From positions 6,414 to 70,413 of the forward strand of contig JAUCBJ010004858.1 in the NCBI GenBank assembly GCA_032718475.1: a stretch of 64,000 nt of DNA. Reading direction: 5' to 3'. Each line of letters opens with the position of its first letter. Within the stretch, counting starts at the first letter, position 1. Position numbers and translations under genes: made by a program. Origin of the DNA: Nemertoderma westbladi (lineage: Eukaryota > Animalia > Xenacoelomorpha). Shown here piece by piece: positions 42,101 to 50,193 of this stretch. The notes beneath the pieces are model-generated. The model worked only from the letters and a program-made list of their open reading frames with translations, ran no database searches and was not told the origin of the DNA.

Positions 42101-45100
42101 CTCGGACATTCCGCGTTATTAGATTCAATGTATTTGGCTCTAATCTCGGACATTCCGCATTATTACATTCAATGTATTTGGCTCTAATCTTTGACATTCC
42201 CCATTATTACATTCAATGTATTTAGCTCTAATCTCGGACATTCTGCATTATTAATTCAATGTATTTGGCTCTAATCTCGAACATTCCGCATTATTACATT
42301 CAATGTATTTGGCTCTAATCTCGGACATTCTGCATTATTAATTCAATGTATTTGGCTCTAATCTCGGACATTCCGCATTATTAATTCAATGTATTTGGCT
42401 CTAATCTCGGACATTCCGCATTATTACATTCAATGTATTTGGCTCTAATCTCGGACATTCCGCATTATTACATTCAATGTATTTGGCTCTAATCTCGGAC
42501 ATTCCGCATTATTACATTCAATGTATTTGGCTCTAATCGCGGACATTCCGCATTATTAGATTCAATTTATTTGGCTCTAATCTCGGACATTCCGCATTAT
42601 TAGATTCAATTTATTTGGCTCTAATCTCGGACATTCCGCATCATTACATTCAATGTATTTGGCTCTAATCTCGGACATTCCGCATTATTACATTCAATGT
42701 ATTTGGCTCTAATCTCGGACATTCCGCGTTATTAGATTCAATGTATTTGGCTCTAATCTCGGACATTCCGCATTATTACATTCAATGTATTTGGCTCTAA
42801 TCTCGGACATTCCGCATTATTACATTCAATGTATTTGGCTCTAATCTCGGACATTCCGCATTATTACATTCAATGTATTTGGCTCTAATCTCGGACATTC
42901 CGCATTATTAGATTCAATTTATTTGGCTCTAATCTCGGACATTCCGTATTATGAATACGCATTATTTCAATTCAGAGGGATTGTTCATTTTGCCATTTTG
43001 AATGCATTTACTACAACAACTGTATAGTAAACAATTTTAGACTTAGCATACAATTTCTGTTACCACGCTAGGGAGATGTAGAATACTCGAGAGGCGTTCT
43101 AGTAGTTTATTGTTTTAAGTTATTAATTAGGCTACTTTGCAGCGATCCGTTTTATAGGCCGCAACGATTCTTTAAACTTTTTTGTGTTTCGCGGATATCA
43201 CTAAAGCGCTAACAAAATTATATAAAGTTAAACTACGGTGGCTCCTTTAGGTTAATTAAGTTTCCATTTATTATTGGAGGAGATACTAAGTCAGGCCCGG
43301 AGATACTATCTCAGGGCCTGAGATACGATCTAAGGCCCTGAGATACTAAGTCCGGCCTGGAGATACTATCTCAGGCCCTGAGATACAAAGTCCGGCCCGG
43401 AGATACTATCTCATGCCCAGAGATACTATCTCAGGCCCTGAGATAGTATCTCCAGGCCGGGCTTAGTATATCCGGCCCGGAGATAAAATACAGAACAAGT
43501 TCATAGACATTATAGCGCTGACACAGCAATCAACAGAAACAAATTGCAGCCAATCAGCTAACCAAATAGATCGTGTCACACGGAGATATGGAGGGGACCA
43601 CTACCCCCAATGATATATCCCACTCAGGGAAAGTCGACGAACCCGAGGGGCGAAGCACAGCCAACGTTGAAGGAGCCTGCATCCCTACCGTCGAGAGCGC
43701 TGGAAGTTCAAGCGATGGGAAGGCAACACTCATCGACGCGCTGAAAACTAGAATTGAGCTACCACCCGTGGAGCCTTTCAAGTTTGATGGTAGCAAGCCG
43801 GAAGAATATCTACAGTTGCGGAGGATGTATACTAATGAGGTTTTGACAAAAAATCTCACACAGACGGAGTGCCTTAAATACCTACAAGTCTATACAGGGG
43901 GGCCAGCTTACGACATCGTGAGGCAATACCAAGGTATTGAAGCAGGATTCACGACCGCATGGAGAGCCCTGGACAGGGAATTTGGCCATCTTGCGAAGAT
44001 TATCCGACAAACCTTAAGGGGAATAACATCAGGCGGACTCGCAGATTACCCCGTTAGCATCAAGACTTTCGCTAACAAAGTAGAGAAAGCGCTAATAGTG
44101 TTAAAGACCCTAGATGCACCTTACGAACACAATGCATCGAACAACATCACCATGATAGCGCAGGCACTACCGATTTGGCTAAGAAACAAATGGAGAAAGA
44201 TCGCTTTCTCCACTCGAGAAAAGAAAGGTGCAGAGCAAGGGCTGGAGGAGATGTCGAACTTCCTTAACTACGAGGCGGAGCTAATAACGGATCCAGTCTA
44301 TAGTGAGGACAGTCTAGGCAAGGTACCGAAACTACCAATCTAACTCTAGAGAATTCATGGAAGCCATAGATGATAAACAACCGGAGGTAAAGATAGATAA
44401 ACATATGACGGTAAAGGAGCAGATCATGGCGGACAAGAGAATAGAATCGCAGCAGAAGGTACTAGGGATCGTATGGAACCGGGAGACAGATGAGTTGGAG
44501 TATTTACTAAGTCAGGAGGGCGCTGGGATCCATACTAAACGGGGCTACGTGTCATACATAGCAAGGATTTACGATCCGCTATGTCTAGCGTCCCCATTGT
44601 TGGTCACGGGGAAACAAATATTGAAGAAGGTCTACAAGATTAAAGACGACTGGGACGCAGAGGTCCCAGTGGAGATGAGCAAACAGTGGGAGAAATGGAC
44701 AGGGAGCCTCGCAGAAATGGGGACTTATAGTATGCCACGTGTATACTTCCCGGATGGGGACATGGGCGATTTAGAACTACATATGTTCTCCGATGCATCC
44801 CTGAAGCATATGGTGCGGCACTTTATTTGGTACAGCGGAAGGGGACTCACAAGCCCAGGCTTGCGTTTAGTAAAGCGAGGTCGACGCCACCAGATTCAGC
44901 ATCAGTGCCGAAACTCGAGCTAACGGCTGCAAGACTAGGAGTGAGAGCGACAGCATACTTGGTGGACACGATACCAAGTATAGTAGAGACACACTACTGG
45001 ACAGATTCCATTGGAATGGTTGCATAACGAGAAGACGCGTAATCCCATATTTGTGGCGAATAGAGTGGATGAGATAAGAGCAACATCAGATTTGGAGAAG

Positions 45101-48100
45101 TGGCACTACTGCCCAACTGACGAAAATCCAGCGGATCTGCTATCGAGGGGCGTTGTACGCCACGCTTTCTCGAGGAAGCAGGAGTTGTGGCAGCATAGAC
45201 CGCACTTCCTTAATGACAGGTCGAACTGGCCACCGATGAGGAAGTTAGATCCAAGTACAGAGTAAGTGACAGTGGAGGAGGAGGGAGAGGAATCAGAAGG
45301 GGAGGAAATATTTAGTCAGCTAGTGAGGGAGGTTAAGGAGGCGCCACCACGATCAAAGGCGATAGAGTTATGCGATAACCCAACGGATAGGCTGCTCAGT
45401 TACAGCTCCAGCTGGTACAAGATGAACAAGCTAGTAGCATATCTGAGGGCCTACAGATAATTCCTTAGGGGAGCTGGTAAGGATACCAAGATGAGACCCG
45501 CCATCGATCTGGAAGGAGCAGCCAAAGCCATGATACGATACGAACAAAGGAAGGGATACGGAGATGAGGTAGACCGCATCAGCAAGCAACAATGCCTTCG
45601 TCAAGACAGCGAGCTCAACGCCCTGTCACCATAATTAGATAACGCATGAACTCCAGGGTGGTGAACAACATCAGCCCCGTAATCCCACCAAATCCGATAA
45701 TAATCCCCAACAAGTCACCAATAGTCCACCAGATCATATGGGACGCCCATAAGTCCATACTACATGGGGGTACCAACCAGACCCTAACGGAGATTTGAAA
45801 GATATTCTGGGTAATCCAGCTCAGGAAGATGGTGAAGGCGGTAGTGGGGCAATGCCAGACGTGCCAAACGGACGAAGAAGGAGAGGGCCGTACAGGAGAT
45901 GGCGCCATTGCCGACCAACAGGGTGAGGCATCACGACCCACCGTTCACACACTGTGGCGTGGACATGTTCGGGCCGATTAAAATAAAGGTGATGCGGTAT
46001 ATGGAGATGACAGGATGACAGATGACATGATTATCAACAATCACTGGAGGTTGGCTAGGGTAGTGGAGATGGACCCCGGCAAAGATGGAAGTGATGATCG
46101 GAGGGAAGATAGGGGCCAGAGATAGGAAGACCTACAGGAGGGCGGTAGGGAAGTGTTGCCTATTGGAGGGGTCACCCTAAACTAGTTGAGTCGTCCAATA
46201 TATTGGACTGAGGGGGTGGGATTGAGGGTGAGACGCCCTTCCCACACACTAAAAAAAATTTAAATAAAAATAAGTAGTAAAAATACTAGTACCAAGGTAT
46301 GCTGTAGGTAGACATTATGTACGTCTGATGGGTACGGACGTACTAACGTACATAATATATAGGTGTAGGTAGTTACAATTATGTACATCGGACGGGTACA
46401 AATGTACCAACATACCTAATTTACATACGCACTATTGTGGGCACTGAGGGCGCCACGTGAGGAGTTGAGGGGGGGTTTGTACGCATACCGTAGTAGAAGG
46501 GTACATAGTACCGTAAATACGTAATACGCACTATTGTGGGCACTGAGGTCGCCACGTGAGGAGTTGATAGGGGGTATGTACGCATACTGTAGTAGAAGGG
46601 TACACAGTACCATAGTGAGGATTAGCAGGGGTATATATTGCGCACGTCTGATGGGCACAATGTGCCAACGTACGTAATAAATACCAGCACAAGCTGGGTT
46701 AATGGGACCAATAACACGTAATACGTACTATTATGGGCATTGAGGGCGCCACTTGAGGAGTCGAGGGGGGTATGTAGGCATAGTAGAATAGACCGTATAG
46801 GCCGCACAAACTAGACTACTGTAGCGCATAGCCCATAATACAGACTTAGGGTATTGTTACAGACCCAGGAGACTGTCTGGTAGGAAGCTAGTACGACAAT
46901 AGGAAAACTGTAGCTAGTCTTCTCTGTATACAAGTAGGAATGGATTGCTTACATAGTAATCAAGTAGCAGATAGAATAATAGCACATACGGGGGAGAATA
47001 TAAAAAAGAACAAAATTAATAAAATTATAGCAACTGGGAAGAAAAATAAGTTAAACCGGTTGCTGAGCATGGTGCAGGAGCTAGTGAGACTGAAAACTAC
47101 GGTCAAGGTGGGATCGGCGATACATGGCGATGTAGACAGAATTATTGGACCGGGCACCCCAAATATTCTGGACATGCAGGTAGCCTACATGGCTATGACG
47201 AAACCAGACGGATTGGGATTGGTGGACAACACGGGACATTACGGAGCCGTGGCAATGGACCAACTGATGGGACTCATGTGCCACAAGCCGATGGACTGGA
47301 ACAAGTTCCGGGAGGAATACGGAGGGGAACTTGCAAACTCACTCAAGTGGGGAGCGAGACCGGGGAAGGATGAGCTATATCACTTCTGGAAGGGAGCGAT
47401 AAAGATATGTCAGAAGAGATATATCCTACAGGAGGACTGGATAATGATAGGTTTACTAAACCTATTCATCACGGTGATTTTCGGCAGGGAGCCGACGGCG
47501 TTTCTACTATCGGCATCACCTCTGAGCCACAGGAGAGCCTTTAAGGTGGCCCTAGAAGGTTTTGTAGACCACCTGGGGGTGAAGGGCGAGTCGGTATATT
47601 GCAATACCCAACACCTGGTGGACAGAGAGGTAGACACACCGTACAAGCGATGGGAGAAACAGGGGGCGGATAGGGTTGAGGAGAGGATACTAGAGGAAGT
47701 CGCCAGGAGAGAGAGAAGGAAAACAGCGGGCAGAAAGGCATATATAAGGGGAGGGGAGTACGAGTTCGAAGCCCAAGACTTGGACGAGTTGAGGTGGGGA
47801 TTGGAGACCTTGGGCGAGTTTGGCTGGGGGACGAACTGGGTTGGATGGAAGAGACACCGATACAGTCTACATCGGGGCTGCAAGGAATGCTGATGCCTGC
47901 GGGGTCTGAGGGCGACTTCGGAAGGAAGAGACCGAGGGAGGTAGAAGGGTGGAAGGCCATGAGTGAATACCAGGCCGGAAAGGGACACAGTGGATTAACC
48001 GGGATCCCGGGTTTGGATCCGCTCCCGGCAGGGGATGAGGAGGAGGACGAGTTCGGGACGATGCCATCGATAGAGAGGATCGGCCACTCAGACACGGACT

Positions 48101-49464
48101 GGGTGGACGGGAGAGTGGTGACAGCCACCGGGGCGAGAGCCTTCTGGGACGCACCCGGCAAGCGGACCTGGGAGCATGGGGAGCCGGCAACGGACTTCCC
48201 AGCGAACACGATCCGACTGGGCGAGCAACCGGGAGCCGTGTTTGGAGAAACGATGCCGAGGGAGGAGGAGGACATCGATATGGGTAGGGAAGACAACGTC
48301 GAGATGTTTGCCTACCAGCGGCTCCACAGACCCAGGAGGCATCGTGGAGCCAAGGACGACTTGGGGCGAGAGACAATGATAGACGGTTGCGATTACTGTG
48401 GGAGACTAACCCATCAGCAAAAGAACTGTCTATACCGTTACCAGAATGGGACGGCGTGTCTTTACTGCCGCGAGTCTACGCACAGGATGGGCGCATGCCC
48501 GAGGTTGCACCACAGGTGTTCGAAGTGCAAGTTTAGGGGGCACATTGAGCGCCAGTGTGACTGGATGGAGGACGAGGAGAAGTTTCGCATTTTCGAGGAG
48601 TGGGCCGACGTCGGAGTCATGACACGACAAAGGATGAAGGCCCAGGAGTACTAAGAGTACCAAAGAATACTAGATTGGATTCCAGCAGAATTGAAGCGCA
48701 CTTAAGGTTGATGCTATCTTCTCACCGGGAAGATAGCATGGGGGGGGGGGAGTGTAAGCGGATTAAATTCCCTGCACTACCCAGCGGAAAATGGGCAAAG
48801 TGGCATTTTACCAATTATAGTTGAGAAGGTGACATTACTAATATAATGTCACCTAATAACCAACTTAGGCGATACACATCGCCAGCCACAAAGAAAGTTG
48901 AGAGGTCATAAACCATCTCAAAGGGACAAAGGGGCTAGCAGGGCTAGCACGTGGGGATAGTGGCAGCAGGGATTGGCGAGATGGAAATTAATTAGGTTAA
49001 CCAATGATGGGAGGGGAAAACAGGTTATTTGAACGCATCTATTGGCCAGGCCGCTCAGTACAGTAGGAGTAATTAATATGTGTTAACAATATAACCGTTG
49101 TATTTATTGCTTATGATTCAGTTGGTATCTGTAGAGTTGTGAGACACACACCGGTCGGGGTTCAAACCGCCAACTCAATTGGATCCCGTCACATGGCCTA
49201 AATCAGGCACCGTACTAAAGCAGCCTACGGTGTAGCTTAGCTAGGCCTATATCACCTTAATATACATTACACACATGACGATTTCTTACATTGAAACACA
49301 AAAATAAATGTACTAACGGAATATATACTGTACGAAATAAATACTGAACGGGGAACACTGTACTGTTTGTGTATATCCACTAACTTACCCGTGATTGTTG
49401 AAATGGATGTCAAGGCTATGAACCAGAGAATTAACATTCTGGTAGTTTGACGAAACGGCAACAT
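1..49464 (-). CDS. Multi-exon gene (whole span, truncated at window start): secreted FCGBP/zonadhesin/mucin-like protein, SP-WSC-3xWxxW-VWD-C8-TIL-TILa-EGF-VWD
   Basis: 18 exons joined by GT-AG introns with matching phases: 49389-49464, 41113-41211, 35997-36154, 35498-35645, 35041-35157, 32775-32966, 31416-31554, 30644-30804, 28899-29050, 24590-24758, 23835-24082, 23424-23588, 22781-22899, 16562-16736, 10282-10408, 9673-9875, 1626-1845, <1-174. The spliced frame is open and the Cys patterns fit the named domains. Confidence 0.88.
762..1022 (-). mobile_element. 5'-truncated non-LTR retrotransposon (RTE-like) ORF2 C-terminal remnant
   Basis: RLRFAGHCFR...LVLWQP...DRELWR, typical of the post-RT C-terminus of RTE-clade LINEs. 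Confidence 0.7.
1626..1845 (-). CDS. Exon 17: TILa/VWC-like + EGF-like + polybasic site
   Basis: KGERWVSSDCRQQCIC...CDANAQC...CYCNRGYRGNGYKCRRRRRNRRDAC. Confidence 0.88.
1955..3572. repeat. Minisatellite, 48-52 bp unit, ~32 copies
   Basis: aacaccaatcaataactcgcactcactggccaactgggtaacttcctccagg; each unit has GTGAGT on the minus strand. Confidence 0.95.
5527..5700. repeat. Dispersed repeat, second copy at ~29619-29790
   Basis: atgtgaagaataccagactttctg...cccccatgtgaagaataccaggttttcac...aacaataaacgaattagtatatgta present at both sites. Confidence 0.8.
5830..6510. repeat. Minisatellite, 52 bp unit, ~13 copies
   Basis: atagatactagctaaataccaacttgcacactgtaccgatacaggtacaggc. Confidence 0.95.
7234..9324 (+). 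CDS. Nested intronless gene: C2H2 zinc-finger protein with NLS and C-terminal heptad repeats (696 aa)
   Basis: 2.1 kb non-repetitive ORF; CPLC..HILNHH and CKIC..HMVSH fingers; PPKKRK NLS; AATAAA at ~9370 and ~9485; tataaa near 6752 and 6784. Lies antisense in the exon 16-17 intron. Confidence 0.8.
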   Translation: MTTKSNCPLCTVLLPNIDEVFARHILNHHPFHLTEKIAELLIEKTFTSYHIGVFYRCKICRNYSESKAVVVKHMVSHCPGIEYEQANNSHQLASNALARINQSQPRQIESDEPQRSQKKPKMVESPVKQQFDILRYTTYPLDCVPSRYPIPMASPTHKGSQQLPPKPVVGGFAPPVYPSATRCLYPGPQYRMYQSCAPTLLGPFIDPQTMGYPPRHPHLPAHQHQVVEQPYKLLSERTSANYPPTMQTGVSLETLRNSHRNQNQTRSTNIDGRHDVHQPDVIWCGEKRPCNSASASVERESREMFRNVLQRNRISCSKPKDPLSSKTSESPLIVEPVSPAANYPNNLNIPCPNVKPQEHRSQHHQQISRNDTNSSSLPPKKRKYVRKSLTNRVRKGNQQPPEVHRKHPILPSVSAALREELSDATGPLTGHISEFMFPSMLKVNVQPSSAIQTRAESLLTLSDSAHTRSTSTQKYSTMIKTAPIQPQLSPMLHNLSPILIQHPPMISQLSPALPHLSPMLPQVSPILKEPSPMLTPNQPMLTPNQPMLKRDQPMLARHHTMLTGSQPLLTGSQPLLTHQHPMLTLSQPIISGSQPILAPQQPMVTQPTPRLKRHQQMLTNSQPLLTGAQPMLTPPMQMLSQTAPILTRAIPNATQPVYGIDPMVHLSDAGRSTRVGRGGLPVQCGAQLATQILDCL
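9673..9875 (-). CDS. Exon 16: TIL domain
   Basis: CNTNSAY...CPATCRDP...PGCACVAGYVLSGSQCINQKYCGC...YY; ttcccgcag| and |GTATGT. Confidence 0.9.
10282..10408 (-). CDS. Exon 15: C8 domain, C-part
   Basis: GDMKVLCRYIAFFEAVC...IIWRSPSFC|GTTAGT. Confidence 0.85.
10668..16580. repeat. Minisatellite, 28 bp unit, ~210 copies, made from exon 14 end + donor
   Basis: ggtacagacatcgacaactcacggcata; minus strand reads tgtcgatgtctgtacctatgcc|GTGAGT. Confidence 0.97.
16562..16736 (-). CDS. Exon 14: C8 domain, N-part
   Basis: CGLLTDPTGPFGLC...YDECLFDVCAYS|GTGAGT. Confidence 0.88.
17008..17669 (+). mobile_element. Non-autonomous PIF/Harbinger element
   Basis: TIRs ggcccgccgcac(t/a)ctagagat; 3-bp TAA TSD at both ends; internal transposase remnant FRKAIGAKEKLLVTLR. 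Confidence 0.85.
18172..22780. repeat. Minisatellite, 52/43 bp unit, ~90 copies, starting at exon 13 donor
   Basis: aacttactagtactggagatactggagataatatcgcgataactaaggatat; each unit starts with GTAAGT on the minus strand. Confidence 0.97.
22781..22899 (-). CDS. Exon 13: VWD domain 1 end
   Basis: VDGMCGNCDANPSNDD...WGNCWKT; its donor is the first GTAAGT of the 52-bp array. Confidence 0.9.
23424..23588 (-). CDS. Exon 12: VWD domain 1 middle
   Basis: VDGVAVNMPY...KTDFGLWVVYD...VALPPTFAGK. Confidence 0.9.
23835..24082 (-). CDS. Exon 11: VWD domain 1 start (GDPH)
   Basis: [27 protein letters not shown]. Confidence 0.92.
24590..24758 (-). CDS. Exon 10: WxxW domain 3, C-part
   Basis: GFECVNLAQPDGLCYNYEVKYCCP...CDNPPP; donor GTTTGT, phase 1. 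Confidence 0.85.
25008..28913. repeat. Minisatellite, 35 bp unit, ~110 copies, made from exon 9 end + donor
   Basis: tacctctttggttctagcctaccaggttattggcc; minus strand reads gctagaaccaaagag|GTAGGC. Confidence 0.97.
28899..29050 (-). CDS. Exon 9: WxxW domain 3, N-part
   Basis: CEGSWTNFYDVDDEGGLGDDETL...LCTDPTALYARTKE|GTAGGC. Confidence 0.88.
29415..30036. mobile_element. Foldback/MULE-like non-autonomous TIR element with 15-bp subterminal repeats
   Basis: Termini ggaagcaggacaattcggtcc / ggaccgaattgtcctacatcc; 8-bp TSD aaatcacg on both sides; (ggacaattcggtccc)n in both orientations. Confidence 0.8.
30644..30804 (-). CDS. Exon 8: WxxW domain 2, C-part
   Basis: AIDAREK...GLVCLNALQPAGVSCFDYRVRYCCP. 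Confidence 0.88.
31416..31554 (-). CDS. Exon 7: WxxW domain 2, N-part
   Basis: CSRGSWTGYFDVGQPDNIGEDESL...MCNNP; ttttcag| and |GTAAGT. Confidence 0.88.
32150..32238. repeat. Near-perfect ~40-bp inverted repeat (hairpin)
   Basis: ttgtttacgtggtaacccatgacggcgttaagtaatgtcc-ccctagt-ggacattacttaacgccgtcatggttaccacgtaaacaa. Confidence 0.9.
32508..32643. mobile_element. Small MITE-like hairpin element, diverged copy at ~50341-50452
   Basis: acatacttgt...acaagtatgt termini, internal tttacagtgt/acactgtaaa arms, shared core ttcactc..acgttcgttcgtgtaac. Confidence 0.55.
32775..32966 (-). CDS. Exon 6: WxxW domain 1, C-part
   Basis: WFENHDCLTP...GIACRNADQPDGEDCNDYEVRFCCP; not in the frame shown in the ORF track. 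Confidence 0.88.
33166..35062. repeat. Minisatellite, 33/24 bp unit, ~58 copies, made from exon 5 end + donor
   Basis: Minus strand reads gatagtcacagccgtagactat|GTAAGTtggta. Confidence 0.97.
35041..35157 (-). CDS. Exon 5: WxxW (Mucin2-type) domain 1, N-part
   Basis: CAGAFSSWIDRDDATGTGDWELL; ttctcag| and first |GTAAGT of the 33-bp array. Confidence 0.85.
35498..35645 (-). CDS. Exon 4: WSC domain, C-half
   Basis: CGCS...CDIHCFGNANQWCGGNSAVNVF; ttttag| and |GTGAGT. Confidence 0.88.
35997..36154 (-). CDS. Exon 3: WSC domain, N-half
   Basis: YCFKGCFS...MTVNYCQTMC...GQGNK; tttttcag| and |GTAAGA. Confidence 0.85.
36190..38512. repeat. Minisatellite, 34 bp unit, ~67 copies
   Basis: ttaatgagattgtattaattcagtgacttggacc; ends ~40 nt from the exon 3 acceptor. 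Confidence 0.97.
39335..41125. repeat. Degenerate minisatellite, ~18-19 bp unit, made from exon 2 end + donor
   Basis: actaactttggttatatct; minus strand agatataaccaaa|GTTAGT versus the real junction agatataaccaaa|GTGAGT. Confidence 0.9.
39475..39710 (+). mobile_element. tRNA-derived SINE inserted in the 19-bp array
   Basis: A box gtagctcagttgg, B box ggttcagccc, central gcctttcatcc..gggtcgataaaatgagtaccag (recalled as Meta/Sauria-type SINE core, unverified), (ttgc)n tail, flanking ctacttcat(g/t)ta repeat. Confidence 0.85.
41113..41211 (-). CDS. Exon 2: acidic linker (D)GLETFEGVTSDEDAENNLDTSGIDPSNPRYNQ
   Basis: ctttcag| acceptor, AAA|GTGAGT donor, 99 nt, phase 1-1. Confidence 0.75.
41243..42950. 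repeat. Minisatellite, 44 bp unit, ~39 copies
   Basis: ttacattcaatgtatttggctctaatctcggacattccgcatta; ends ~30 nt from the exon 2 acceptor. Confidence 0.97.
43573..44343 (+). CDS. Bel/Pao gag (DUF1759-like), truncated
   Basis: LPPVEPFKFDG...LKYLQVYTGGPA...AWRALDREFG...LPIWLRNKW. Confidence 0.8.
   Translation: MSHGDMEGTTTPNDISHSGKVDEPEGRSTANVEGACIPTVESAGSSSDGKATLIDALKTRIELPPVEPFKFDGSKPEEYLQLRRMYTNEVLTKNLTQTECLKYLQVYTGGPAYDIVRQYQGIEAGFTTAWRALDREFGHLAKIIRQTLRGITSGGLADYPVSIKTFANKVEKALIVLKTLDAPYEHNASNNITMIAQALPIWLRNKWRKIAFSTREKKGAEQGLEEMSNFLNYEAELITDPVYSEDSLGKVPKLPI
44357..46180 (+). pseudogene. Bel/Pao pol remnant (Pao A17/RNase H region, integrase zinc finger, C-terminus); protease, RT and integrase core deleted
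   Basis: Motifs spread across several frames with stops; no YxDD RT core seen. Confidence 0.85.
46940..48654 (+). CDS. Extra ORF region of the LTR element: two overlapping ORFs (or one frameshifted ORF) ending in three CCHC zinc knuckles
   Basis: 317-aa and 286-aa ORFs overlap at 47794-47893; CDYCGRLTHQQKNC, CLYCRESTHRMGAC, CSKCKFRGHIERQC. Confidence 0.65.
48753..49193 (+). repeat. Putative 3' LTR
   Basis: Follows the PPT; tgtaagcgg...ccgtcaca termini; no matching 5' copy in the window. Confidence 0.55.
49389..49464 (-). CDS. Exon 1: signal peptide MLPFRQTTRMLILWFIALTSISTIT
   Basis: ATG at 49464 directly after ttgcag, second ATG at 49437; basic then hydrophobic stretch; donor G|GTAAGT, phase 1, fits next exon. 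Confidence 0.7.
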
Positions 49465-49610
49465 CTGCAACATTACAATATCACTTTAATTTGCTGTATG
49501 GTACTAGCTCAGTATAATGATTGAAGTACCTGATCTAATCCCTTAAACTTGATGCCATTTAACTTCTAAAATTAAATTTTGGAATTCCACTAAATATTGT
49601 GGGGAAGGGG

Positions 49611-50193
49611 AGCCGTTACCACCAAAAAGAAGATATAAAGTCAGAATAGAGAATAGAAGTCAAATCAAGAGCTTCAGATAACGGAATACATTAAAAAAAA
49701 GGATGTCATACTGTACAAGATAATAAGAAGTTAGAAAACGGAAGTCAGATCAGAAAAATAAATGTACGTTGAAAAGCAGTCAATCTGGGACTAATCTCCA
49801 TCTGATTCTGAAGTTGATAGACAAAGTTCACTAAGTTGAAGATTGATAAAAAAATTAAAAAGTGTCTCATAAATTAGGCATGCAATACATTGTATGCTAT
49901 CATTCCACCGGTACCAATACCGGTAGCGGCACATCCAGAAAGGTACGATAGGCTTTCGTTGTTCTCAGCATAAGATATTTCAGAAGCATTTCTGACTTCA
50001 ATTTCTCTATTTTGACTTCTTGTTCTGACTATCGCTTTCTAACAGAGTCAAATCCTACATTTTTATGATTTCCATTAATTTTTCTAATTCCAATTCATTT
50101 ATTCTGACTTCCATTTATTTTTTCTAACTTACTATTTTTTTGTAATTTTTTCTTTATATTCTGTATTGTGAATTCACTTTGGTGGTAACGACC
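49611..50193. mobile_element. Degenerate MITE-like inverted repeat
   Basis: gccgttaccaccaaa...tttggtggtaacgac termini with mirrored (aagtcagaa)/(ttctgactt) subterminal motifs. Confidence 0.5.

Larger units (their letters stand above)
43058..49193 (+). mobile_element. Decayed Bel/Pao LTR retrotransposon with 3' extra ORF region, in intron 1 of the mucin-like gene
   Basis: gag (ELPPVEPFKFDG), pol fragments (KVLGIVWN, IYDPL, HMFSDAS, PKLELTAA, YWTDS, NPADLLSRG, H2C2 zinc finger, GVDMFGP, KCCLLE stop); G-rich PPT at 48740-48752 then TGT...ACA. Confidence 0.85.
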
